Source of the DNA: Klebsormidium nitens
Lineage: Eukaryota > Plantae > Klebsormidiophyceae
Direction: 5' to 3'
DNA length: 64,000 nt
Assembly (NCBI GenBank): GCA_000708835.1
Contig: DF237194.1
Span: forward strand, 1 to 64,000
The notes under the pieces were generated by a model. That model had not been told where the DNA came from. It made no database searches and saw only the letters and a list, made by a program, of their open reading frames with translations. Position numbers and translations under genes: made by a program. Position 1 is the stretch's first letter, and each line of letters begins with the position of its first letter. Shown piece by piece: positions 11,301 to 23,035 of the stretch.

Positions 11301-13292
11301 GTTGATGACGTCACGCGTTGCCCCTTTCGCTGCCAGACGAGGCTTGAGAGACGAGGGCGAGGCAATGAGCGGTCGGACGCCAGCTTGATTCCGGACTTAT
11401 TTGTCTCTTGCGGGGGCAGTGCGCAAATATACATGAAAAGTTTGTGCTGTTCGGGCAAGATCAGTGGCATCAGCGGAAGTGGTTCTTTGTACAACAGTCG
11501 GCACAACTGTCAATTCGTGTCAAAGTTTCTTTTTGGCGGGGAGTTTTTCGGATACTGGCGACTGGCGGAAAGTAGCGGTGCTGAAAGTAGCGGTGCTGAA
11601 AGTAGCGGTGCTGAAAGTAGCGGTGCGGTCTTCTTGCCGATTTACCCGGTCAGAACTGGCCCAGTCCTCGCTAGACAAGTCGTGAGGTTAGGTCTCGGAA
11701 AGGCAACCACTTCAGACGGCTTTTCTCCGCGTACTTCAGTTTGTCCGTTAGTTTGGTTATGCTGGAATTGCACTCAGAATGAAGCACGAGTTTACGAGTT
11801 CAAAACGAGACCCTTTTCCGCCTTCAGGACCCGGAAGTAGAGTACGTGGAGGACTACGAAGGAGAGGACGAAGACGACCTAGAAGACTTTGACCAACTAG
11901 CAGAGGAAGAGTATGAGGACGAAGGTGAGTTCACCGCTGACGTCATCCTGGCTTGGCCAGTCACATCTTGTGATAACTTCTCCGCCGTTATCCTGGGCGC
12001 TTTGTTGGGCGGTCCGGCAGGATCAATCTTGCCCAGTCCTCGAAAGTGTGTTGGGTGCGCATCAAGCTCCGATCAGTCGTGTTTACGAAGTGACCGGTTC
12101 GTTGGATGTGCATCAAGCTCTGATCAACTGTTTACGAAGTGACCAGAGTGCCCGGTAAATGTCACCACCGCACTTTTCACTCTTTGGTTCTCAGAAGGGT
12201 TGCAGCTTTATTGAGCCCCTCAAGTCTGCTTTCTGTGCGCTTGTTGCGCTGATCTTCACAGCACATGACGGTTTGGTTCCGGTCAATTGTGCTTTGCATT
12301 TTGCCTTTCCTGACAGCTTCTGGCTTCGGCATCCGCTTACAATTGTTCCCTTCCGCCAGACTAAAGCGTATTAACAAAAATTGTTACATCTGCGCAGAGG
12401 AGTATGAAGAAGAGGAGGAGGCGGAGAGGCGTCGTTTGAACATGACGTCAGCGAAGCGGGGCTTGACGTCAGCCAGCAAGCGTGGGGCGTTGGGGGCTGA
12501 CGACTTAGAAGACGAGCCGCAGAAGAAGCCGAAGCGGCGAAAGGCCCACGTGGAGGTAAGATCACACTCGATGTTTTCACGTTGACAATTTACACGTTCT
12601 GCTTTGGTCTGCCCATTCCTCGACAGCAAAAGGCTGGCAACTGGAGCTCAGAAGGGAAGAGATGGTAAGCGAAGCCCCCTTGCCTCTAAACAATGTGAAA
12701 GGGTCAGGATTTGAGGAGAGCGTTGAGGGAAGTCGTCTGGTGCAAACAATACGGGTGCAGCTATAGCCTATTCCTGCCTGCTGAATTCCTCGACTCCGTC
12801 AGCACGTCCTCATTGTGGTTGGTTATTCCGCCTACCCATTGCTACTTCACCGCGTGTCTAGAGTTTGGTTCGGCCCCTGATGTCTTTGCATCTTCGCGAA
12901 AGTTTTTTGCTTAGTTTCAAGTCAGTTCTGCCTGTCCGGTCCAGGGTGTGATCAAACCGTGGCAGAAGAGCGTTGCTTGCAACAAGAACCCAGGCTGTGT
13001 TGTCACCAAAATTGCTCTCCTTCCACTTCGACGCTCCAGTCGAGTACCCTTTCGGTCTGCGTTCTGCCCAAAGAATCTCTCTCGCAGCTAGTTCCTGAAA
13101 CATATGAGCCGCCCACTGCCATTCAGTGGCGGCCACGTGGCGATCAGCCTTCTTCCTCTTACAAGTGATATGCCGGGAATCTTGAGATTTAGCTTGCTCC
13201 TGTAGCTTGCTCCAAAGCAATCACTCTTATCCCTACAGGTCGAGTACGAGGAGGAACGGGAGCAACCGTCCCTGGCCCAACTTGCTTTCTAG
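8398..13292 (+). CDS. MAK16: MAK16 (60S ribosome biogenesis factor), 9 exons, ~310 aa
   Basis: Exons 8398-8459, 8803-8912, 9448-9566, 9859-9956, 10302-10389, 11099-11245, 11828-11924, 12398-12555 and 13239-13292 join in phase (933 nt). Motifs: [77 protein letters not shown], and an acidic tail ending [10 protein letters not shown]. Confidence 0.95.
11568..11626. repeat. 15-bp tandem repeat (GAAAGTAGCGGTGCT) x4 in MAK16 intron 6
   Basis: Read directly from the sequence: three exact units plus one near-complete unit. Confidence 0.9.
12050..12144. repeat. ~51-bp imperfect tandem duplication in MAK16 intron 7
   Basis: GTTGG..GCATCAAGCTC.GATCA..TGTTTACGAAGTGACC occurs at 12050 and at 12101. Confidence 0.85.
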
Positions 13293-14600
13293 GAAACCGC
13301 CAGCGAGTTTTGGGTCCGCTGCTTTTCGGAAGCTGCAGTAGTAGATCTTACTGAAGAAGACCAATTGGACGCTGGAAGCCGTTAGGGAGATAAAGATTGA
13401 CTACTCTAAATCCTGGGTCTGTGCATATGATTTCCGTTAAACCACAACACGGTTGGACTTCCTTGCGCGTGCACCGATTGTTGTATGTACCAGCATGTGT
13501 GCCATGATGCGACCTTTGGCGGCCGAGCCTCCATGCAAAGGCGGTATTGCGCCACAGGGGAGGGTGTGTGCAGCTTGGCAGAGCATTCAATGTTTCAGCC
13601 GCCCCAAAGCTGGCCGTCTGGCGGTGGTAGTGGCGTGCATTTCCGAAGCAGACGAAACTACCGCATTGGTGGCCGCCGGGGTCATATGTGTGTGGCCACC
13701 GTTCGCAACCAGTGACGTACTTGCAAATGGTTGCAGTTTGGAGCCCTGCGCGGCTCAAGCTTCGAAGGCTCAGAGATGCGCATGCTCGAGTCGAAGGCTC
13801 ATGCAGAGGTTGATCGGGAGTCCAATCTGCAATGATGATATACATGAACTGGTCATTTTTATTGCAAGGTCTGATTGAAAGAAGGAAGGTACAATATGTA
13901 TGAGGCGCCTAGAGCTTAATTAGCGGGACCGTCCCCGCATGCCATGTGGCCGCCGAGCCGGGCTAGCTTAAGCTGGCGCCGCGGGCGCGGACCGGCGCTA
14001 GCTCAAGATATTATGGTCGTGTCTGAACATGTTGCTATAGCCAAAGTTGTTGGTCTAGGATGGTCGATGAATAACTGCTCATTAATTTCGCATACTTTAA
14101 TGATCATCATTGCACCTATAGGTACGCAAGGAGAGCGCTTCAAAGAACTTGAATACAAATATTGTATTGATTTGCTTCACCGAGTCTTTAATCATGCACA
14201 ACTCCAACAGAAGCTCTTGCAAATCGTAACATTCGACAAATGCTTCCGAGAACATGCATGAAGAAGCCACAATCATGATTGGCAAGGGGAGCCACGTGAC
14301 CAGACGACCGTGACAGGGTCGTCAGCGTCTAATCAAGAGACGATTTAAATTACCAGGGCTGCCGCAGTGCGCTTCAGGCGCATGCCAGACTTCCACATGC
14401 CATTTGAACGGCGAGTGAACGGCCTCACCAAACTAGCACAAGTCTCTTGAGGGCATGTTCAACAGTGTAAGTTGGTCCCTTGTTCAACCCAAGTATGAAC
14501 CGCGGATAAAACTTCTTTCACGAGAATCATTATTGACAATCACGGAGAAATATGGTGGATCAAAGATAAAACACCCAGTTGAAAGTGGCAATCTGTGGCT

Positions 14601-15374
14601 CTATCTTCCACCAAGGAGGAGGCACAGGCCTGTGCGATCGCGTCTGCACTCTTTAATGGGACAAAACAGTGATTCTTCTACGAACCATATTATCAACACG
14701 AGTTCAGATCTTAGCTGATTACAAGTTGAACTAGATTCGTACTCTACACAGAAGTCGGCTCTCAGCAAGATGCGTCCAGATATTGTCACGTATGGAAGCA
14801 ATCTATGATGCTCTCTAAACGGGACGCTGTGAGTGTTTCGGCCTTGGAAATAATGAGCGCTCGCAGAACTTCCCTTCTGCAATGCCCACATTTCAAATTC
14901 TCCCGTCGTTGCCAACATTTGACCAGAACGATTCCGCACAGTTCGAGCGTGGTTCCTTGAGACGTCTTCAAAGGTGCTCCTCACGTCCGCCCACACTAGG
15001 CTCATGTGTGGGTTTGGATCGCGCACCAACACAAGAAGCCGCAGGTGCTGCACGCAAACCGTTGCCGACCCCTTCAAGTTGAACGGAACAACGGGAAGCT
15101 CCGAGGGGTCCTTCCAGCGCCGCGCTTTGCTTTTCAGAAGCTCCCTATAACCGCCAAACTCTGTCACGACTGACGTCAGCTGCCGCAGCTCTTCTGCGTC
15201 AGCGGTCAATGTAACCGCATCCCCTAGAAATGCTCGTTCCCACAGGGACGGGTTCCGCTCCGCCGCCAAGTGAAAGCTTTTGAAGGCCAGCGTTGCGAGA
15301 AAGAAAGAGATTGGATCGTGAGGCGCCAACTTGTTCAAAATGATCAAGCTCACGTCTTCCGGCAGCGTCGACAT
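14601..15374 (-). CDS. Intronless F-box-like protein with unknown C-terminal domain (copy 1, 257 aa; possibly truncated)
   Basis: The N-terminus MSTLPEDVSLIILNKLAPHDPISFFLATLAFKSF fits the F-box pattern (LPxD/E..I..KL...L....CK.F). It is colinear with the 16669-17562 ORF but shorter at the C-terminus. Confidence 0.72.
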   Translation of the reverse strand: MSTLPEDVSLIILNKLAPHDPISFFLATLAFKSFHLAAERNPSLWERAFLGDAVTLTADAEELRQLTSVVTEFGGYRELLKSKARRWKDPSELPVVPFNLKGSATVCVQHLRLLVLVRDPNPHMSLVWADVRSTFEDVSRNHARTVRNRSGQMLATTGEFEMWALQKGSSASAHYFQGRNTHSVPFREHHRLLPYVTISGRILLRADFCVEYESSSTCNQLRSELVLIIWFVEESLFCPIKECRRDRTGLCLLLGGR

Positions 15375-16668
15375 GGTGCCTTCACCAATTTATCTTTTGT
15401 TTTGAGTTCTTAAAGCTGACGTCACCCTGTGCGCATGCTGTTCTGTCAATGCAATAGAAGGAGCATACTGCGCCTGCCACTTTAGGGGTTTGTTCAAGAG
15501 TGGATAGCGATAAAGACCGTTGCTGTCTCAACTTGCAGAACCTCAGCTTCTTTGCCGGATCGTTTATGACTTTCTCTGTCGACGACCGCTGCCCGTCGGC
15601 AACATTGACAAAGCGCGGGCGCGGCCAAACCCTGAGGCGCGCGCGTCGATATTTTAGGACCGGACGTGCTAGCGCGCGCGCGGCCGCCGGTGGTGGCTTA
15701 GTATGTGAGGATCAACTCGGAAGCGTCGGACCAGGCGCGCGGTCGTCATGGGCGGCCGCCGCCAGGGCTAATATATGGTGCGCTTTGCCGCTTTGGCAAG
15801 TAGCTCGCAACCACCATTCTCGAATGAAGGGTCTGTGTAGGATGTGTGTAACTAGTGGCGGACTCAACGTGATCAACGAAACGCAGTAAGTGCGTGAAGG
15901 CTGTGTACAGATATCCTCGAGAAAGACTGATCAGCAAGTGCGTGTGCTCGTTCTGCAGAGCACCCTCAAAGCCGAGTTCTGTGCAGACATGAGGTCTGAC
16001 AGTAGAACGTCGGCTGGAGAACTCAGGGTTGTTGGGCCCTCTTCTTACGGGCCCGAATCTTTGAAACAGGTTAGATAAGGGCAAGTAGACCTGTAGAAGT
16101 CCTCCTCGCGGACATATATATGGGCTCTCATCTATGATAGCAAGCGCACTTTGCTCGCTGCTGGGACCCCATTCAAGCGGCAGTTCAGAGCCCGACCTCT
16201 TGAATAGGTCACGAGACATCTAATCAATATAAGGTGATCTACTAGCTATGTGGCACTTCGTAGGATCTTTAGTATACATGATGCATGGTGGATAATTGGG
16301 TTGCAGTGATACGCGTCTGTTGACAGATCGACAGACTCCTTTCGTGCAAACGACACATCGTAAGTTACATTTACGTTAGATAAGTGGCTCTCCTTACATC
16401 AAGGTCGTACTTTGTAATCAAAGAATTGTCGAACCAGATCGACGACTTCGCCGCTGAGCTAAACAAAAAGAACGCCGCTCCAAATAGAACTGCTTCCTTT
16501 TATCAAAGCTTGGCGCATGATACTCCAAGAGATGCGGAGCCTATTTACGTGCAGCTTACAAGTCTGGAGGCCCTTAGCTCCCCCACAGTACTATCGATTG
16601 CTTAAACGTCCCCCCACAAAGTGTAGGTTGGACCCCATTCTACCCCAATATCTTTCTTGTCCTGCTTA

Positions 16669-17562
16669 TCATGACCATTGTAAACGATCAAGAAAAGCAC
16701 TAAGATATGATGGTACATAATATGGTTCATACAGCGAGTATATTTTGTCAGTTTGGCTGATCACCCGAGCTTCTAATCTGCACCTATGGTTAGGCAAACC
16801 TCGATCGACCGGACACTCTTCCATGAGACAGTCTTGTGTTGTCTCTATGAAGAAGATCCACAGCTCGGACGTTAGCCACGAAGATTGACATCCGCGCGAG
16901 TATTCAACCCAATACTCTGAGTTGAGCAGAAAGCGCTCGGGTACTAACCTTATTGAGAACGATCTGTCGTGTGGTGTGAACCGGGAGCTATAATTGCGGC
17001 CTTGGAACCAAAGAGCAGTCAAGTTCCCCTCTCGAAGTGCGTAGATTTCCATCTCTCCCTTCCTTGTCATGACCTCACCAGAACGGTTCCGCACAATCTG
17101 CGCGTGATTCTTAAAGACACCGTGGAATTTGCTGCTCACGTCCGCCCACACAAGCCTAGTCTGTGCGTCTGGATTTCTTGCCAACACAAGGAGCCTCAGG
17201 TCCGGCGTGCAGATCTCTCCCGTTTCGTCTGGCAAGTTGACCGGAACAGCGGAAAGCTGTTCCACCAAGGGGCTCTTCCAGCGCCGCGCTTTCAGTCCCA
17301 GAAGCTTCCTACATCCCCCGAACTCTTTCACAACTGAAATCAGCTGTTGCAGCTCTGCTGGAGAAGCAACTAGAGTGATCGCTTCGCCCAACAGAGCTCG
17401 CTCCCACAGGGACGGGTTTCTCTCTGCCGTGGAGTTAATGCTCTTGCATGCTAGCGTGACGAGAATCAAGGATACCGGATCTTGACACGCGAGCTTGTTC
17501 AGAATTATCAAGGTCACGTCTTCCGGCAGCGTTAAAATGGTCTGATCACCACTTCCTTCCAT
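16669..17562 (-). CDS. Intronless F-box-like protein with unknown C-terminal domain (copy 2, 297 aa)
   Basis: The N-terminus reads LTLPEDVTLIILNKLACQDPVSLILVTLACKSI. It shares AERNPSLWERA, FGGxRxLL, LRLLVL and LVWADV with copy 1. Confidence 0.78.
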   Translation of the reverse strand: MEGSGDQTILTLPEDVTLIILNKLACQDPVSLILVTLACKSINSTAERNPSLWERALLGEAITLVASPAELQQLISVVKEFGGCRKLLGLKARRWKSPLVEQLSAVPVNLPDETGEICTPDLRLLVLARNPDAQTRLVWADVSSKFHGVFKNHAQIVRNRSGEVMTRKGEMEIYALREGNLTALWFQGRNYSSRFTPHDRSFSIRLVPERFLLNSEYWVEYSRGCQSSWLTSELWIFFIETTQDCLMEECPVDRGLPNHRCRLEARVISQTDKIYSLYEPYYVPSYLSAFLDRLQWS

Positions 17563-18791
17563 TTCCTTCAGACGCCACTTTTGTACATGAGGTAATTCAG
17601 GCTCTTCTACATAGTAGATACATACTTAGGAGCGTCAGCATACGACTGCGGCAAGGATGGCCACGTTGGTGCGTTTGTTCATCGCTGAAATGAAAGCCTG
17701 AGGTGCTTGCTCAAATTGTGAAGCGTCATCTTCAATAGTTGTGCGCCGCTCTATCCGCCAAGTTTGTGATCAGTAGTACCTACTGCGCGGCACCCTTGCA
17801 AGGTGTACCGCCGTGACGAATCTGCCCGTCGGGCACCAAGACGCGGGCGCGCCTAAACCCTGGAAGCGCGTGGCTAGCCGACGTGCCAGCGCGCGCAGCC
17901 ATCCGCCGGCAAGCGCCACCGATCTCGCGCGCAGACTTACAATGCTCAGAAGCTGGTGGTGCGCTTGGCCGCATTGGCGCGACTGCTGTGTTTGGCGTGA
18001 AAATCGCAACCACCACAGGGTTTGTGTACTTAAGACAGTAATCATTATTGGATCTACAATACGTATGTAAAAAGGTCTCTCATAACTTTCCCAGGAACTC
18101 GGCACGTCCATGTGCTCGTTCTGCAGAGCACCTTCAAAGACAACTTGGGCAGACACGAAAGCTGCTTCATAATATTTTCGTCGGCTAGAGAAATCCAGTT
18201 CGGTCGAAGTATTGTTTCGTACGCGTTTCTTCGAGACAGGTTAGCTGTTGACCGGCGTCACATCGATCAAATTGACAGGAGCCGCTCAATCCCCAAAATA
18301 TATGAGACCTGGCCTGCAAGATCGCATGTGCAATCAGCTCGCTGATATAACTCTTTCTAGCGGAAATTTCAGCCTGCTTTTTCGAACAGAATACTGGTAA
18401 ATGTTGACGTCGTGATCTGATTTTGCGGAGGCTTTGACCTTCGACGCCCGAAGCTAGTAAGGGGCATGACTATGATGCAAGGCAAACCGTTGGACGACGC
18501 AGATTTTGAAGAAATGACGGATACTCATCGTGATGGAAACGAGACATGTTCAATGTCATCCACAGCCACGGCTTGTCCTACGCTGAGGTACATACTTGTA
18601 ATCAGCGACTCTGTCAGACCAGAAGTCTGCGTTCAAAAGCTGAATGAATTGGCTGAAACCGCTCGATAGATTCGGCTAGAGCTTACCGTGCAACTTACGG
18701 ATTCACTTGTATCACTGAGGTACGAGGCCCTACAGATGTTGTAGAGATTAACAAATTTGGGAGCGTCATCATTGCCCCTATAATCCCTAGG

Positions 18792-21060
18792 CTACTCTCT
18801 ACGCCAGCTCGGGTACCTGAGGTCATCCAGCAACCACGTGTACTTGTTCCATCGAAAGCAGCGCAGAGAAGAGTGCCCCACGCGCTTCAGTTTCGTAAAC
18901 GCTCCCAGTTGCTGTTCTCGCATCCACTGGACTTCGTCCCGATAGCATCTCCCGAGGCACTCGAGCTCCGTCAACCGGGGCGCCTTTGCGAGGAGCACCA
19001 GCTGCCGTTCCGCGTCTAAGTCCCCGGAGTACGCGCCGAAGTGCCCGGTGACTTTCTCCAGGGTCGGCGCCCAGTTTGAAAGCGCGTATAGCCAGTCGTC
19101 GGGATGAAATCTCTCGGTTAGGAAGAGCTTGACTTCGGTCATCTCCGGGTGAGCGTCCGCGAAGCGCCGCAACCAGGAGCCAATGAGTTCTTGGTGTCCG
19201 ATAAGATTGTGCTTCCAGCCGATCGACAGCCGCGCAAGACGCGGGCAGTGATGACGTGTCAGCCCCTTGAATACGCCAGCAACGGCCGCTGGCGTCAGCG
19301 ACGCGTACGAGCCGTGGCCAGCCGCGACCTCGATGTCGCCGGAATGGTGCCTATACACCTGCGATCCGCTCGGGAACAGGCGGAACTCCTCCAGGAGCGG
19401 CGTCCGCCGGAAGATGCCGATGACGTCGTCTTCCGTCAGACCCCCGAGCCCGACCAGCCAGAGCGTTTGCAGCGGCTCGAACGGAAAAATGGTCACTGGA
19501 AGTCTGCCCGGGAGTGCTGGCTTTTTGCGTTTCCTCAGCTCACGCGCCCCCGCTGCTTCGAGCGCGTCGCCCAAAACAAGTGTCCGAACGCTCGCACAGG
19601 CGTAGTTTCCGGCGACCAGCGGACTTTCGGGCTCAGCAAGGAAAATGATGCCTGGCGAGAGCTCAAGCGTCCGCAAGCAGTGGTCGAGAGCGGAGAGCGC
19701 GCTTTGGAGGCCGACTGAGGAGACGGGCGAATCGGCGATTGACAGGTGGCGGAGCGTGCCGCGTTCTGCTGACGTTTGATGATGGCGGAGAGCATGAGCG
19801 GATGCGTCAGCTTGACCTGCAACGAATCAAAGGAGCTACTGTCACTCTTCGGAGTCAACGAACGATCTCAAAAGAGGATTCTGATCAGAAATCTTCTGTC
19901 GCTACTCATGATACCCTTGAATCAGACCTCCCTACGAGATTGTCTTGACTAATCAGAATGAAAAGTTGTTTGTCAAATCAAAGCGTCTCATGGTGGCGTG
20001 TGCATGTACGAGGCGAATCTGAATCAAACTTCGCTGCTCTTCGAGCATGTAGAAGAAGAGCGGAGCATCATCTAAGTTCGGGACTAAGCAGACACTACAT
20101 AGGAAGAGGCTGTGGTTTTCAAGCTGTGGAGCGATTTAAGTCAAGCCGAATCAATTATTTTGACTTCTAGAGCAAGAGTTATAGTCCGATTGGAGAGCAA
20201 CGTAGATTTTGTTTTAGAAGCATTTTCAGGATGAACGTCAATGAAGCTTTTCGCTTTCTTTCGTCCATGTGAAGGGAAAAAGAAGCAAGAGAAAGCATCA
20301 TTGCAATTGCGTTGACAGCTGTTCTACTGACAAGGCCTCATCAAATCAAAGTGAAAGTTAATTGGGTACCCGGTAGAATCAATTTCAGGAGCCGGAAGAG
20401 TGGACCAGACAACTTGAAGACGACTGATTTATCAGCCAGCGCATCTTATTGGCCCTCATCCAATGATCTTCCTCCGTTCTGCCAATCCTCTAGAAGACAG
20501 CTACAATCTCCGCATTCGTTTGAATCAAAATGTAAGCGACTTCCGATCCTCTTGAAAGTACTCCTCCTGAAAGGATTCATTTACAGAGCAATCTGGACCG
20601 TACGCGTACGACATAATTGAAGTCTTACCTCCACCAAGCTGATGGACTCCCAGGCCCTAGCACCCAAAGCCGCCACCAGCAGCTCGCAATTCTCCTGTGT
20701 CATGCTAACGCCAGCTCCGCACAGCCTGACCTTTGTTACCCACCACCACCGAGGCTCAGCAGCAAAGAAGCGGGTCACGGTCTGCAGCTCATCGTTCAAG
20801 CGTCCTCTGTTTATATGCCACGTGTACGGCGGGTGTGCAGCTTCGACGGCTGACTTGAACTGTGTACTCACAAGCCGGCAATCTGTGATCCAGTATGGGG
20901 GAGCTTCTTGCAAGTAGTCTCTGAAGACCAAGTGCAGGGCAAGGAAGGGCGGGTAGTCATTGGGGACCTTCTGTTCAAGCCTTTGATGCCCCTTGGTTCT
21001 TCGGTGACCATTAGTTCTTCGTTGAGAAGGTCCTCCATCATGCTTCAGCTTGCTTGCCAT
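18792..21060 (-). CDS. Putative F-box/LRR (RNI-like) protein; at least 2 exons, junction unresolved
   Basis: The 5' part (ATG 21060 to ~20629) has F-box-like LHLVFRDYLQEAPPYWITDCRLVSTQFKSAV. The 3' part (acceptor 19816 to stop 18792) has LRR-like units: TLRHLSI, LRTLEL, LQTLWL, LLEEFRL, CPRLARLSI, PRLTELEC. The strongest donor and acceptor are out of phase. Confidence 0.55.
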
Positions 21061-23035
21061 GGTTGGCTCGGACAGAGCATACACCTTGATCTTGCGTTGC
21101 CTGTGACCTTTCCAGCTGCGTTGCCGTTACTCAATCTTTTCTCACAATGCTTCCTTATTAGCGCCGATTCGAGTGAAGAAAATATTTGCAGCAAGACGCA
21201 CCATTTCGTGTAGCGGCTCCAGTAGAGTCTGTAAGTTTGCAAGTCTCAACTCCCACGTGGCTACCAGAACCTCGGTACCCTTCTCTGCTAGTGAGGCGGT
21301 ACCGTACCAAGGTATCTATGACGCACGGGTGACGACTGCGGGAAGCTTGAACTGGACACGTGGAATGATCGCAACGGTTGTGCAATGTTACCCGACTGAT
21401 ATGAGTAGTGCCCGGGGGATCGTTGGCGGTTTAGGGTCAAACACCATAACCGACTGATCTTGGTGGGGTTGGTATGGCGGTTTAGGGTGGGTTCGGGCGG
21501 CCCATGGCGGAACGCCTTAGGGTTAGTCAAAAGCGGGTTACTGCCCTCACTTGACCTCAGGGTTTTAGTGTTGTGTTACTTAACCACTGACAGCGTCATG
21601 AGTACGTCATCGTTGAGACCTGCAGGCTGCAAACTTACAGACCTACGTCAGCGGCTCCATCGCACAGTAGCCTCCGAACACGCACTGTGTCTCCAGAGGC
21701 CTTGTATTGTCACGTCACCGCACGTCACCGTCCCATGCAACGCGCGACGCCGCGCCTCAGCTCCGCTGCACCGTCGCAGACTCAGGGTTCAAGGGTTTAA
21801 GCCCGCTGGACCGTCGCTGCGCGCGGCCGCGCTTAGTGCGATAGACGGACCCGCGCAAGGTTTGGATCGGACGCCTGAGACGTCGGAAAGTGCGCGGCCG
21901 CCACCAAGCGCTACCTCCCGCGGTTGCAGAAGCCTGCGCTTGGCTGCGCTGTGTGTGGTGCAACGTCAAATGCGATTGACGAAGACGAGAGCTCCATTTT
22001 TGGTCGATGGGGGTATGGATGGCGAGAATGAAGCATCACATGAGGATTACCAGTGTATCAAAAATCCATGTAAAGAGGTCCTTCGAAAGTTTTCAAGAAC
22101 CTGGTCCATGTGCTCGCTCTTTTTGCAAAGTAGCGCTTTCAGATTCAGTTGCGCCCACTCAAAGGAAGGTTACACACTCGTAAAGAACATGGGCTTGAAA
22201 CTTGAGACGTCGTGTATCCGAGTCTGTCCGGCCACTTGTAGAATGCTGTTAAATATTGTTGATCAAACTTAGAGTACAATCTGCAGACTCTATAAGATGC
22301 TGCAAGTGCTTAGAGCCATTACTAGAAAGATCGTACGTGCCTGCATGGTGAGGACGGCTATCATCTTCATATTGAAACAAAGGTGCGCACTCCGTGAGGA
22401 GCGGAGGTCTCGCTTCATTTTCAAAGCCCATAACATATCCGCACGCTCATGGGAGTTAATGAAAGAAGCAACGGTTCCTTGATGGACCTTATCATTTGTA
22501 CAGAATGCTGGCTTGCTCGCTTCCCAGAAGCCCTCACGACAGGCAAGTCCAAGCTGTACAAGCTAACCTTTTGCGCAAGTTCGATTACTTTGACTCGAAC
22601 GAAAGCCTTTGTCTTAAAATCTCATGCATCAGTGGAACGAAGGACAAATTTTCACGAATGTGTCACAACTCCTCGATATGTAGTATCAACCACTTGAAGG
22701 ATGGGACACCTTAATTTTGACTCTGGTCGGAACGAGCCGCAAACACGTCTGCTTATAAGACGCACGACACAAGCCAATTGATATCGGAAGCCTTAGCCAC
22801 CTACACAAAATGTCCTGATGTGGAAAAACATGGGGGTGGTAATTCGAACGATTTACATGTCAGCCCGAGTCTGAGTACACTTCTAGTTGTTTCTGTGGTT
22901 GCGTTGCCTACAGTACGTATGCAGTTTTCACTAACAAGTACCAGGATTGCGTCCTCACAATTTTATCTTCTTTGCATTTGTATTTCGAAGGTTCTGCTCT
23001 GCTGCCATCCTGACACAAGCTTCAGGTCCTTCTGA

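Noticed and set aside
11568-11626. Possible CRISPR-like array
   Set aside because: It is a head-to-tail repeat with no spacers, in a eukaryotic intron, with no cas genes.
2471-13292. Intron-encoded box C/D snoRNAs in NOG1 or MAK16
   Set aside because: I found no convincing paired RUGAUGA and CUGA boxes with terminal stems by eye. A snoscan or Infernal search would be needed.
18112-18230. F-box-looking peptide SLADENIMKQLSCLPKLSLKVLCR in the spacer block
   Set aside because: It has no start codon, stops lie nearby, and the homologous blocks are open in different frames. It is kept only as part of the spacer-block finding.
19149-19718. 189-aa plus-strand ORF
   Set aside because: It is antisense to the LRR exon, which has the better domain pattern.
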